A stretch of DNA of 64,000 nt, from NCBI GenBank assembly GCA_963734495.1, contig CAVTHK010000013.1:96001-160000 (forward strand). Direction: 5' to 3'. Position 1 is the stretch's first letter; each line of letters starts with the position of its first letter. This DNA comes from an uncultured Spirochaetota bacterium (GTDB lineage Bacteria; Spirochaetota; Spirochaetia; SZUA-6; CAVTHK01). The notes beneath the pieces are model-generated. The model made no database searches and was not told the origin of the DNA. It saw only the letters and a list, made by a program, of their open reading frames with translations. The position numbers were made by a program, and so were the translations under genes. Shown here piece by piece: positions 33,572 through 42,860 of the stretch.

Positions 33572-34395
33572 GGCGCCGCGCCGCTTCGGCCGCGCTCGCG
33601 CACGCGGTGCTCGCCGCGCTCGCCCTGGCGAGCCTCACCCCGTTCGCCTTTATGCTCGTCACCTCGGTCAAGGCGAACGACCAGTTCTACCACAGCTATT
33701 TCGTTCCCACGCTGCCGCTGCAGTGGGGCAACTTTGCCGAGGCCTGGTCGGCGATCGGACGATACGTGGCCAACAGCGTGCTGGTCACCGCGGCCTCGGT
33801 GCTCGCCGTCGTCGTGATCGCCTCGCTCGCCGGCTACGCGTTCGCGCGCTGGCGGTTCCCCGGCAGCGGCGCGCTGTTCGTCGCGATCCTGACGGTGCTC
33901 ATGATTCCCGACATTCTCACGATGCTGCCGGTGTTCGTCACCCTGCGGAACCTCGATCTGCTCGACCGGCAGATCGCCCTCGTGCTGGTCTACGTGAGCG
34001 GCTCCCAGGCGCTGGGCATCTTTGTCTTCCGCAGCTTTTTCGCGACCATCCCCGACGACCTGGTCGACGCGGTCCAGATAGACGGGGCGGGCGAGCTTCA
34101 GGGGCTTTACCACATGGTGCTGCCCCTCTCGCGCCCGATCCTCTTTACCGTGGCCGTGATGACGGCGCTCACCTGCTGGAACGACTACATCTGGCCGCTG
34201 ATCACGCTGTCGACTCAGCGCCGCTGGACGGTCACGCTCGGGCTGGTGACGTTCCAGGAGCGTTACGCCGGCATGGCCGCCTGGGGCCCGCTGTTCGCCG
34301 GCTACGTGATCGCGTCGGTTCCCCTGATCGCTCTCCTCGGCTCCGGGATGAAGCACTTTGTCGCGGGCCTCACCTCGGGCGCCGTCAAGGGGTAG
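33568..34395 (+). CDS. Carbohydrate ABC transporter permease (MalG-like)
   Basis: TSVK, AGYAFAR, FFATIPDDLVDAVQIDGA, WNDYIWPL, GLTSGAVKG. Confidence 0.9.
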   Translation: MRRRAASAALAHAVLAALALASLTPFAFMLVTSVKANDQFYHSYFVPTLPLQWGNFAEAWSAIGRYVANSVLVTAASVLAVVVIASLAGYAFARWRFPGSGALFVAILTVLMIPDILTMLPVFVTLRNLDLLDRQIALVLVYVSGSQALGIFVFRSFFATIPDDLVDAVQIDGAGELQGLYHMVLPLSRPILFTVAVMTALTCWNDYIWPLITLSTQRRWTVTLGLVTFQERYAGMAAWGPLFAGYVIASVPLIALLGSGMKHFVAGLTSGAVKG

Positions 34396-34544
34396 CGGCC
34401 GCACGCTCCCGTCCCACGCCGCCCGCGCCGCCGCGGGCACGGCCGGCGGGCATCCGCCTTCACCTGAAAATCCTATTCAGCGAGTCATACTTATCTTGTG
34501 GGCGCCGTCACGATCGAGCGGATCAGGCAGTGAGGAGGCCCGGG

Positions 34545-35039
34545 ATGGGAACGAGAGCAGGTGTCGTCGCCGCGGCGCTGGCGCTCGCGCTGGGCGGCTG
34601 CTATTGGACTTCGCCCCGCGCGGACGGGGCGCTGGCGGTCATGACGAGCATCCCCCTCTCGGTGATCTCCAACCCCAGCGGGTACACGATGAGGGCCTAC
34701 CTTTACCGTGCGGACGGTGTCTCGGCCAGCTACAAGGACGCGACAGGGAAGGCGACGACGACCCCGGGGCCCGGCAGCACGATTCACGTCACCGCCTCCG
34801 GGAAGCCGATCACGCTCGACGGCCACTCCTACTGGGAAGTGCAGCTGGCAGTCGGCGCGGCCTCGGGAGACTTCGCGATCGACGGCATTCCCGCGGGCGT
34901 CCGCTGCCGCCTCGCCCTGCAGCTGTGGAACTGGACGCAGTCCGGTCGGGTGGACTACGAGGGCCTCTCGAACGAGTTCGTGGCCTCCCCCGGCGTGCCC
35001 TCGATCGTGGCCGTCGACCTCTACGTGCCGGGTCTTTGA
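34545..35039 (+). CDS. Hypothetical lipoprotein
   Basis: GAGGAGG SD; signal peptide with lipobox LGGC. Confidence 0.65.
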   Translation: MGTRAGVVAAALALALGGCYWTSPRADGALAVMTSIPLSVISNPSGYTMRAYLYRADGVSASYKDATGKATTTPGPGSTIHVTASGKPITLDGHSYWEVQLAVGAASGDFAIDGIPAGVRCRLALQLWNWTQSGRVDYEGLSNEFVASPGVPSIVAVDLYVPGL

Positions 35040-35168
35040 TCGACGCCGCGCCGCTCACGCCGCCCGCGCCGAGCGTCGACGCCGCCGCCGGCTGGCGGCT
35101 GCCGCGGCGGGCGGCGATTGATGTTGCCGGCGCCCATTTGCTATACTAGGTCATTATCGGAGGCATCG

Positions 35169-36075
35169 ATGAGCGATCTCCTATGGTCAGCGCGACAGAC
35201 GTCGACCTGGCGCAACAAAGTCGGATTAGCCGAGATGCTCAAGGGCGGCGTGATCATGGACGTGACCAATGCCGACCAGGCGCGCATCGCCGAGGAGGCG
35301 GGAGCGGCCGCGGTCATGGCGCTCGAGCGGGTTCCCGCCGACATCCGCGTGCAGGGCGGAGTCGCCCGCATGGCGGATCCCGACAAGATCAAGGAAATCC
35401 AGGACACGGTCACGATCCCGGTGATGGCCAAGTGCCGCATCGGCCATTTCGCCGAGGCGCAGATCCTCGAGGCCCTCAAGGTGGACTACATCGACGAAAG
35501 CGAGGTTCTCACGCCGGCCGACGAGGAGTACCACGTCAACAAGCACCTGTTCAAAGTTCCCTTCGTCTGCGGCTGCCGCGACCTCGGCGAAGCGCTCCGC
35601 CGCATCGGCGAAGGGGCGGCCATGATCCGGACCAAGGGCGAAGCCGGCTCGGGCAACGTCGTCGAAGCCGTTCGTCACATGCGGACGGTCATGACCGCGA
35701 TCCGCAGGCTCAAGGCCCTCTCGGAGGAGCAGCTCATGACCGAGGCCAAGAACCTCGGGGCGCCCTACGAGATCGTCGTCGAGGTCGCGCGGACCGGGAA
35801 GCTGCCGGTGCCCAACTTCTCCGCCGGCGGGATCGCGACGCCCGCGGACGCCTCGCTGATGATGCAGCTCGGCGCGGAGTCGGTGTTCGTCGGCTCCGGC
35901 ATCTTCAAGAGCGAGGACCCGATGCGCCGCGCCAAGGTCGATCGTCGAAGCGACCACCAACTACGACAAGCCCGAGGTCCTCGCCGAGATCTCGCGCGGC
36001 CTCGGCGAGCCGATGCCCGGAATCGACGTGCGCCAGCTGGATGAGAAGCAGATGCTCGCTCTCCGAGGCTGGTAA
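35169..36075 (+). CDS. pdxS: Pyridoxal 5'-phosphate synthase lyase subunit, frameshift near the 3' end
   Basis: [39 protein letters not shown]. Confidence 0.97.
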
Positions 36076-36092
36076 CCAACGCGAAACCGTCG

Positions 36093-36662
36093 GTGACCAT
36101 CGGCGTCCTCGCCCTTCAGGGTGACTTTGCGCTCCATCTGGAACATCTGCGCCGCTGCGGCGCGTCCGCGCGTATCGTGCGCACGGCCGACGAGGTGTCC
36201 GGCTGCGACGGCCTCTTGATCCCGGGAGGCGAGAGCACCACGATCGGCAAGCTCATGGACCGCATGGGGCTCCTGCCGCTGCTCGTGCGGCGCATCGGCG
36301 ACGGCATGCCGGTCTACGGCACGTGCGCCGGCGCCATTCTGCTGGCGCGGGCGATCGTCGAAAGCAGCCAGCTGCGGATCGGCGTCATGGACATCACCGT
36401 GGCGCGCAACGCCTACGGCAGGCAGGTGGACAGCTTCGAGGCGGACCTCATGGCCCCTTCGCTCGGGTCGGAACCGCTGCGCGGGGTTTTCATCCGGGCG
36501 CCCATCATCGAGGCCGTCGGACCCGGCGTCGAAGTCCTGGCGCGCTTCGAGGATCGGCCGGTGCTGGTCCGCGAGCGCAACATGCTGGCCGGGACCTTCC
36601 ACCCGGAGCTCACTGACGACCTGCGCATTCACCGCTATTTCACCGCGATGGTCGCGGCCTGA
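36093..36662 (+). CDS. pdxT: PLP synthase glutaminase subunit
   Basis: GVLALQGDF, PGGESTT, GTCAG, RNAYGRQ, FIRAP, FHPEL. Confidence 0.97.
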   Translation: MTIGVLALQGDFALHLEHLRRCGASARIVRTADEVSGCDGLLIPGGESTTIGKLMDRMGLLPLLVRRIGDGMPVYGTCAGAILLARAIVESSQLRIGVMDITVARNAYGRQVDSFEADLMAPSLGSEPLRGVFIRAPIIEAVGPGVEVLARFEDRPVLVRERNMLAGTFHPELTDDLRIHRYFTAMVAA

Positions 36663-36733
36663 AGGCGACTCGAGACCTCACCCCGGCGCGGGCGCTTCCG
36701 CGGCGGGACGCCGGCGAGAATCTTCAATTTGTT

Positions 36734-36762
36734 CTGACATTCCGGTGGTCTGCTGCTATACT
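36734..36762 (+). promoter_or_regulatory. Sigma70-type promoter, leaderless type, of the UvrD/PcrA gene
   Basis: CTGACA-17 nt-(TG)cTATACT, 9 nt before the TTG start. Confidence 0.6.
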
Positions 36763-36771
36763 GGCCGCGCC

Positions 36772-38877
36772 TTGAGAGAGCTCGAGCGGCTGAACGCGGA
36801 GCAGCGGCGCGCGGTCCTGCACGCAGGCCGGCCCCTGCTGATACTCGCCGGCGCCGGGTCAGGCAAGACGCGCGTCATCACCACCAAGATCGCCTATCTC
36901 GTGAACGCCTGCGGCCAGGATCCGCGATCCATCCTCGCGGTGACCTTTACCAACAAGGCGGCGGCCGAGATGCGCGAGCGCGTGCTCGGCCTCGCCCCCG
37001 ACGCCGAGGCCGTGATGATCCGCACGTTCCACTCCTTCGGCGCCTGGCTCCTGCGCCGCAGCAGCCACCTCGTCGGACTGCCCGACCGGTTCTCCATCTA
37101 CGACGACGAGGACCAGCTCTCGCTCCTCAGGTCCGTGGCCGGCGATGCGGACAAGCGCCCCGACCTCAAGTCGACCCTCTCGGCGATCTCGAGGGCCAAG
37201 GACAAGTGCCTCGGGCCGGACGACGTCCTCGGCGGGGTCTCGTCCGACCCGCGATTCCCCGACCTCTACGCCCGGTACCAGCGGAGGCTCGACGAGACCG
37301 GATGCGTCGACTTCGGCGACCTGATCATGCGGCCGGTCAGGCTGCTGCGCTCCGAGCCCGAGGTGGCCGAAAGGATACGCGACCGTTTCCGCGTCATCCT
37401 CGTCGACGAGTACCAGGATTCCAATCGCGCGCAGTTCCTGCTGCTCAAGGAGCTGTACCGCGAAGGCAACTACCTCTGCGTGGTCGGCGACGAGGACCAG
37501 TCGATCTACGGCTTCCGGGGCGCGGAGGTGGAGAACATCCTCGACTTTCCGCAGGCGTTCCCGGGCACCGAGATCATCCGCCTGGAGCAGAACTACCGCT
37601 CCACGGGCGCCATCGTGGAAGCGGCGACGCGGGTCGTCGAGAACAACCGCAGGAGACTGGGGAAGAGCCTGTGGACCGAGAACTCCGGCGGGGCGCCCCT
37701 CACCCTCGCGCTGCTGGCGGACGAGGACGAGGAGGCGCGCTACTGCGCGAGGCTGCTCTCGGACGGGGAGCTTTCGTCGAGCGCCATTCTCTACAGAAAC
37801 AACTACCAGTCGCGGGCCTTGGAGACGACGTTCGGCAACCTGGGCATCCCCTACCGGATCGTGGGCAGCGTGCGCTTCTGGGAGCGCGCGGAGGTCAAAG
37901 ACGCGCTCGCTTACCTCGATCTGCTGCTGAACCCGCGCGATGAGGTCGCTTTCGCGCGCGTCATCAATCGCCCGCCCCGCGGCATAGGCGAGGTGAGCGT
38001 CGCAAAGATCCTCGCCGCGCCCGGCGGCGACCTGATCGAACGCTGCCGCGGATCACGTCTGCGCGGGGCGGCGCAGAAAGGAGTCGACGCGTTCGTCGCG
38101 GTCTACGAAGCGCTTCGGGACCGCATGGCGACTCTGCCCCTCGCCGAGCTGGCCGCGGCCGCCGTGAAGGACTCGGGTCTGCTCGCGTTCTACACGGAAA
38201 AAGACGGCGCGGACTTCCGCGGCCGCGCGTCGAACCTCGAGGAGCTCGTGAACGCCTGCCTGCCTTACCCGGCGGGAGAGGAAGGCCTGGTCCAGTTCCT
38301 CGAGCGCGTGAGCCTCGACACCGCCGCCGACCAGGCCGAGGGCGGCACGGAAGCCGTCACCCTCATCACCGCCCACAACACGAAAGGGCTCGAGTTCGAG
38401 CGCGTCTTTATCACGGGCCTCGAAGAAGGGCTCTTCCCCTACCGCCGCGACGACGACGATGCCGACGACATGGAAGAGGAGAGGCGGCTCTTCTACGTGG
38501 CGCTCACGCGGGCGCGCGCCCAGGTGCACATGACGACGTGCGTCCGCCGCCGCGTCTTCGGGGCGTGGAAGGAGCGGCCGCCTTCGCGTTTTCTCGGCGA
38601 GATCCCCAGGCAGCTCGTCACCGTCGTGCCGGCGCCCGCCGCCGCGGCCGCGGCCGTCCGCTCCGTCCGCGGCCATCGCCCGGCCGCCGACGACGACTAC
38701 CCGCAGTTCCCGCCGGGCTGCGCCGTCTACCACGATGAATACGGGCCGGGCACGATCGTGCGAAAATGGCGGTCGGGAGAAGATACGCTCGTCCAGGTGC
38801 AGTTCTCGTCCGGGAGGTCGACCCGGTTCATCCTGCAGTACACGAAGCTGGAGCGCATCAGTGAAGACCAGGTCTGA
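36772..38877 (+). CDS. pcrA: UvrD/PcrA/Rep-family DNA helicase
   Basis: LAGAGSGKT, TFTNKAA, VDEYQD, VGDEDQSIYGFRGA, LEQNYRS, KGLEF, EERRLFYVALTRA. Confidence 0.93.
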   Translation: MRELERLNAEQRRAVLHAGRPLLILAGAGSGKTRVITTKIAYLVNACGQDPRSILAVTFTNKAAAEMRERVLGLAPDAEAVMIRTFHSFGAWLLRRSSHLVGLPDRFSIYDDEDQLSLLRSVAGDADKRPDLKSTLSAISRAKDKCLGPDDVLGGVSSDPRFPDLYARYQRRLDETGCVDFGDLIMRPVRLLRSEPEVAERIRDRFRVILVDEYQDSNRAQFLLLKELYREGNYLCVVGDEDQSIYGFRGAEVENILDFPQAFPGTEIIRLEQNYRSTGAIVEAATRVVENNRRRLGKSLWTENSGGAPLTLALLADEDEEARYCARLLSDGELSSSAILYRNNYQSRALETTFGNLGIPYRIVGSVRFWERAEVKDALAYLDLLLNPRDEVAFARVINRPPRGIGEVSVAKILAAPGGDLIERCRGSRLRGAAQKGVDAFVAVYEALRDRMATLPLAELAAAAVKDSGLLAFYTEKDGADFRGRASNLEELVNACLPYPAGEEGLVQFLERVSLDTAADQAEGGTEAVTLITAHNTKGLEFERVFITGLEEGLFPYRRDDDDADDMEEERRLFYVALTRARAQVHMTTCVRRRVFGAWKERPPSRFLGEIPRQLVTVVPAPAAAAAAVRSVRGHRPAADDDYPQFPPGCAVYHDEYGPGTIVRKWRSGEDTLVQVQFSSGRSTRFILQYTKLERISEDQV

Positions 38878-39682
38878 AGGCGACGCCCTCCGCGACCTCG
38901 TGCCGCCGATCAGCCGCGCCCGCGGCTTCCGGCTCTACGACCGGCGCGGCCGCAGGTACCTGGACCTCTTCGTCAACCACGGGAGCGCCGTCCTCGGTCA
39001 TCGTCCTTACGGCGTCGACAACGAGGTCAAGGCCGTCGTCTCAAAGGGCGGCCTCTTCGCCATGCCGTCGGCTTACCCTGCCCGCCTCGCCAGGGCCCTC
39101 GGCAGGGCCTACCCCGGCTTCGCCGGCGTTCTCGTCGCGGCGAGCGACGCTGAGGCGGTGGGGTTCGCCGCCCGATACTTGAAATGTGAGCCGTCGCAGG
39201 TCGAAATCCGCGATCCCGCGCTCGGAGAGCGGGGCCGCGTTGTGCTCGACAGGCCCTTCCTGCCCGAGGCGATGCGCGAGGACGCCATGAAGGGAGCGGA
39301 GGTCGTGCTTCCGGTCCTGCCCTTCCGGCTGGGCGAGGCGCCCTGCCCCGTCCTGTTCCGCGCGAGCGCCCCGGAGGCGAAGCCGGCATGGATCGCCCCC
39401 GCCGTCGCCGCGGCGGCCTTGAGGGCCTTTCACGACCTGGACCGGCGGGTGCAGCCGGAGTGGTACCGCGACGATCTTCTCGAGGGTTGCGAGGGGTGGG
39501 TGCAGCGGGGTATCTACGTGACGCCCCGTTTCTCCGCCGATCGCTACGCGGGGGTCTTCAGGCGATTCCTGGACGCGGGAGTCCTGCTGCCTCCGGAGTA
39601 TCCCGGCCCGGCCGTGCTTCCCGGCGAGGCATCGGCCGGCGAGCTGGCGCTCCTGATGCGGCTCTTCGGAGAGAAAACGTGA
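38861..39682 (+). CDS. Hypothetical protein with a class-III aminotransferase-like N-terminus
   Basis: RARGFRLYDRRGRRYLDLF...SAVLGH; only ~273 aa. Confidence 0.6.
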   Translation: MKTRSEGDALRDLVPPISRARGFRLYDRRGRRYLDLFVNHGSAVLGHRPYGVDNEVKAVVSKGGLFAMPSAYPARLARALGRAYPGFAGVLVAASDAEAVGFAARYLKCEPSQVEIRDPALGERGRVVLDRPFLPEAMREDAMKGAEVVLPVLPFRLGEAPCPVLFRASAPEAKPAWIAPAVAAAALRAFHDLDRRVQPEWYRDDLLEGCEGWVQRGIYVTPRFSADRYAGVFRRFLDAGVLLPPEYPGPAVLPGEASAGELALLMRLFGEKT

Positions 39683-39987
39683 TGCAGTTGCCAGAGCTCT
39701 CGATCCTGATCCGTGTCTGCGTGGGCGCAATAGGCACTTTCTGCGCAATCCTCCTGTGGGCGAAGACGCGCGACGTCGCGTGGATCCTCGTCGTGACAGG
39801 GGTGCTGCTCTCCTACGCCGGCATCATCTTCGACACGCTCGCCAGGCTCGGCCTCTTCGGCTGGGAGGAGCTGCCCGTCTTCGGAGTCCCCGCGGGACAG
39901 CTGGCGCGGCTCGTGCTCGACAACGTCCCGACGCTGCTGTACTCCGCGGCGTTCGTCGTGGCCGTGGCCCGGCGGCGAGTGCGCTGA
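39682..39987 (+). CDS. Small hypothetical membrane protein
   Basis: Three hydrophobic segments; TGATG overlap with the upstream stop. Confidence 0.7.
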   Translation: MQLPELSILIRVCVGAIGTFCAILLWAKTRDVAWILVVTGVLLSYAGIIFDTLARLGLFGWEELPVFGVPAGQLARLVLDNVPTLLYSAAFVVAVARRRVR

Positions 39988-40053
39988 CCGCGACCGGCCC
40001 CGGGCCCCGGGCCGGCAGACTGCGGCGAATGGCGCGTCACGTGGGCGGCGCCC

Positions 40054-40178
40054 GCGCCATCCGTGGCGCTTGCCCGCGGGCCTCGACATCCATGTCGCCC
40101 GCGGGCCCGCGCCATCCTGTCACTTGGGTGGCGCCTACGCCATCCATGGCTGCGCCACCCCCGTGACATCCATGTCAC
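40054..40178 (-). repeat. Array of five GGA motifs, four in clear hairpin loops (candidate CsrA-binding sRNA or REP-like repeat)
   Basis: Minus strand GTGACATGGATGTCAC, GCCATGGATGGC, GACAGGATGGC, CGACATGGATGTCG, GCGCCACGGATGGCGC. Confidence 0.75.
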
Positions 40179-40216
40179 TTGACACAAGACGCAGAATCAT
40201 TATCTTTGCGTCTTGT
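40179..40216. promoter_or_regulatory. Sigma70-like promoter overlapped by a 10-bp inverted repeat
   Basis: TTGACA (40179-84)-16 nt-TATCTT (40201-06); ACAAGACGCA (40184-93) / TGCGTCTTGT (40207-16). Confidence 0.6.
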
Positions 40217-40244
40217 ATCCAGCAATGGCACAAGGAGAAAGGAA

Positions 40245-40493
40245 ATGGTGGCACTTCTGGTCGGAGTCCTGCTCGTCCTTTTTGGCGTCTATGCCGTGCT
40301 GCCGGTTGACTCTCCGGGCTTTCTCAATTGGTCCCGCGAAGTTGTTCAATTTCTCAAAGGCGCCGCCCCGATCATGGCTTTCCTGATTGGTTTGGTCTCC
40401 TTCTTTATTGGAATCGCCGACATCAAGGACAAGATCGAGGCCAAGAAAGAAGAAAAAGAGGACAAGGAGAAGGCAGAGCAGAAGGCTACCTGA
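40245..40493 (+). CDS. Small membrane protein with a charged C-terminal tail
   Basis: Strong SD AAGGAGAAAGGA; two TM helices, then GIADIKDKIEAKKEE. Confidence 0.75.
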   Translation: MVALLVGVLLVLFGVYAVLPVDSPGFLNWSREVVQFLKGAAPIMAFLIGLVSFFIGIADIKDKIEAKKEEKEDKEKAEQKAT

Positions 40494-40571
40494 CACGCGC
40501 CGACGCGGCCGGCTTGACAAGCCTCCCGCGTTATGGCTGAATGGCGCGGCTTCTGAACCCGGTTGAACCAA

Positions 40572-41000
40572 ATGAAGACTATTTTCCCCAACCCCAAGGA
40601 CATCGAGCACAAGTGGTATCTCATCGACGCCGAAGGGAAGCGCCTCGGCCGGCTTGCCGTCCGTGTCGCGGACATCCTGCGCGGCAAGACAAAGCCCACT
40701 TACAGCCCGCACATGGATACGGGTGACTCGGTGATCGTCGTCAACGCAGGCAAGGTGGTGGTGACGGGCCGCAAGAAGACGGACAAGCTGTACCACCGGT
40801 ATTCCGGCTACCCCGGCGGGCTCACGACCGAGACCTTCGGCAAGGTCATCAACCGCAAGCCGACGTTCCCGCTCGAGCACGCGATCAAGGGGATGCTGCC
40901 CAAGGGACCGCTCGGCCGGAGGCTCTTTGGCAACGTGAAGGTTTACGCAGGGCCGAGCCACCCTCACGAGGCCCAGAAGCCCGAAAAGCTGGAGTTCTAG
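40572..41000 (+). CDS. rplM: 50S ribosomal protein L13
   Basis: [39 protein letters not shown]-like [26 protein letters not shown]. Confidence 0.98.
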   Translation: MKTIFPNPKDIEHKWYLIDAEGKRLGRLAVRVADILRGKTKPTYSPHMDTGDSVIVVNAGKVVVTGRKKTDKLYHRYSGYPGGLTTETFGKVINRKPTFPLEHAIKGMLPKGPLGRRLFGNVKVYAGPSHPHEAQKPEKLEF

Positions 41001-41064
41001 GGGCGGCGGCGTAGAGCGCCGCGAGAACGCACGGACCGCCGTGCAGGAGTCAAGGAGTTCAGTT

Positions 41065-41457
41065 TTGGCGAAGACGATTCTGGCGCAGGGGACCGGACGC
41101 AGGAAGACGGCGGTGGCGCGGGTCTTTCTGCGCGAGGGCACGGGCCGGGTCAAGGTCAACGGACGCAAGCTCACCGACTACTTCGTCGGCGGCCTGGATT
41201 CGATCGTACAGGCGCCGCTCGCGGTCACCGACAACCTCACCCGGTACGACATCCACGTCAACGTGTCCGGCGGAGGCATCAGGGGGCAGGCGGAGGCTTG
41301 CCGGCACGGGGTCTCGAGGGCGCTGCTCAAGGCGGACGTCGCCAACCGGGCGGCCCTGCGGGCCAACGGCTACCTGACGCGGGACGCGCGCATGGTTGAG
41401 CGCAAGAAGTACGGCCAGGCCGGTGCAAGGCGCAGGTTCCAGTTCTCCAAGCGGTAA
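41065..41457 (+). CDS. rpsI: 30S ribosomal protein S9
   Basis: [43 protein letters not shown]. Confidence 0.98.
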   Translation: MAKTILAQGTGRRKTAVARVFLREGTGRVKVNGRKLTDYFVGGLDSIVQAPLAVTDNLTRYDIHVNVSGGGIRGQAEACRHGVSRALLKADVANRAALRANGYLTRDARMVERKKYGQAGARRRFQFSKR

Positions 41458-42116
41458 TCCCGTCGTAGAGACAGTCAAAGACAGCGGAGCCGGACGAGGG
41501 AGGGTCTGCGTGATCCTCTCCGACGGCTCCTCTTTTTTTATTCTCAAGGAAGTTCAGCTCACCGAGGCCGTCTACCCCGGACTGGAGGTGAGCGAGCAGG
41601 TCCGCTCGCGTCTCGAGCGCCTGTCCGAGACGCGCGCCGCGGTGAGGAGCGCGCTCGCCCTGCTCGCCCGCGCGCCTCACTCGCGGGCGGGCCTCCGGCT
41701 CAAGCTGCTGCGGCGCGGGCACGGCGAGGAGGCGATCCTTGCCGCGCTCCAGCGTGCGGAAGAGATGGGCTACCTCGACGACGGCCGGTTCGCCGAGGAG
41801 TGGGTGCTGCTTCGCCTCGACCGGCACCCGCAGGGCCGCCCGGCGCTCGTCGCGGACCTGCGGGAGCGGGGCGTGCCGCGAGAGACCGCCGAGGGCGTCG
41901 TCGCGCGCATCGTCACCGACGCCGTCGAGGAGGAAGCGTTCCTCCGGGCGCTCCGCCGGGCTTCCAAAGCAGGCTCCACCGACCGCGGCGGTCGCGCCGG
42001 GCGTGGACGGGACGCCGACGGGAGGGCGAAGGCTCGCCGCGAGGCTGAGCGCCCTCGGCTTTCCAGGCAGCCTGATCCGCAAGCACCTCTCAGGCGCGGA
42101 GCCCATCGAGCCCTGA
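41458..42116 (+). CDS. recX: Regulatory protein RecX, with indels at the start and 3' end
   Basis: ALALLARAPHSRAGLRLKLLRRG, MGYLDDGRFAEEWV, LRERGV, LSALGF. Confidence 0.82.
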
Positions 42117-42123
42117 CCGCCTG

Positions 42124-42816
42124 TCACGGGTCGGAATCGGCAAACGCCGAAATGCCGGGCGGCTCGAACCCGAACGCCCTGTGCAGCGAATGCCGCGCGA
42201 GATCGACGACGCCGGCCGCGGCGTCGAGGATCACCGAATCTGCCGAGGCCACTATCCCGCCGTAGCTCTTGAGAAAGTAGTCGGGCGACTCTGCGACTTC
42301 CACGCCGGCGGCAACCGGGAATCCCTGCAGCCTGAGCCGGAGCCCCGCGGCCATGTCTCCGGAAAAGGCCACCGGCGCGTCCACGTAGAGATCGACCCTT
42401 CCGGGTGCAGCGCAGCGGAGCGCGTCCAGAACGACGGAGATCGCGCGCTCGGTAGCGGGGCCCGTGCGGTAGCTTCCGTGTACCCCCGCCGCGTCCCGGA
42501 TCACCCCGTCGTCTGCGAGAAAGACCGGGACTCCCTTCAAATAACTTTCCACTATGATCAATACGTTGTACCAGTCCACACCGATTGCGAGGCCGGCTAC
42601 CGAGTCGAACGAGACGATCTTGGCCCGCCTCGCCCGCGCGACAGGCTCCGGCAAAACCCCTCGGAACAACAAGTTACGCTGTCTGGCGGTCAGCCGGTAG
42701 CGGTCGCCGACGATCTTGAGGGCGGCTTGTTCCGGGTAAATCCGCTCCCTGAGATACCGGTAATCGTCGATCGCTCTACTGAAATCGTTCATTGACCTTC
42801 TGGATATATTTGCCAT
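42124..42816 (-). CDS. DUF434-like hypothetical protein
   Basis: DYRYL..YP..AL..VGDRYRL..RQR, VDWYNVLI, DDGVIRD, YVDAPVAFSG, ASADSVILD. Confidence 0.75.
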   Translation of the reverse strand: MANISRRSMNDFSRAIDDYRYLRERIYPEQAALKIVGDRYRLTARQRNLLFRGVLPEPVARARRAKIVSFDSVAGLAIGVDWYNVLIIVESYLKGVPVFLADDGVIRDAAGVHGSYRTGPATERAISVVLDALRCAAPGRVDLYVDAPVAFSGDMAAGLRLRLQGFPVAAGVEVAESPDYFLKSYGGIVASADSVILDAAAGVVDLARHSLHRAFGFEPPGISAFADSDP

Positions 42817-42860
42817 TATATGCTATATAGAGAAACGGGCGGGGGTGGAGTGGACGATTA

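Noticed and set aside
42520-42860. Lower-GC patch as a horizontally acquired island
   Set aside because: It is confined to the 5' end of the DUF434-like gene and a divergent promoter region, with no mobility genes or att-like repeats.
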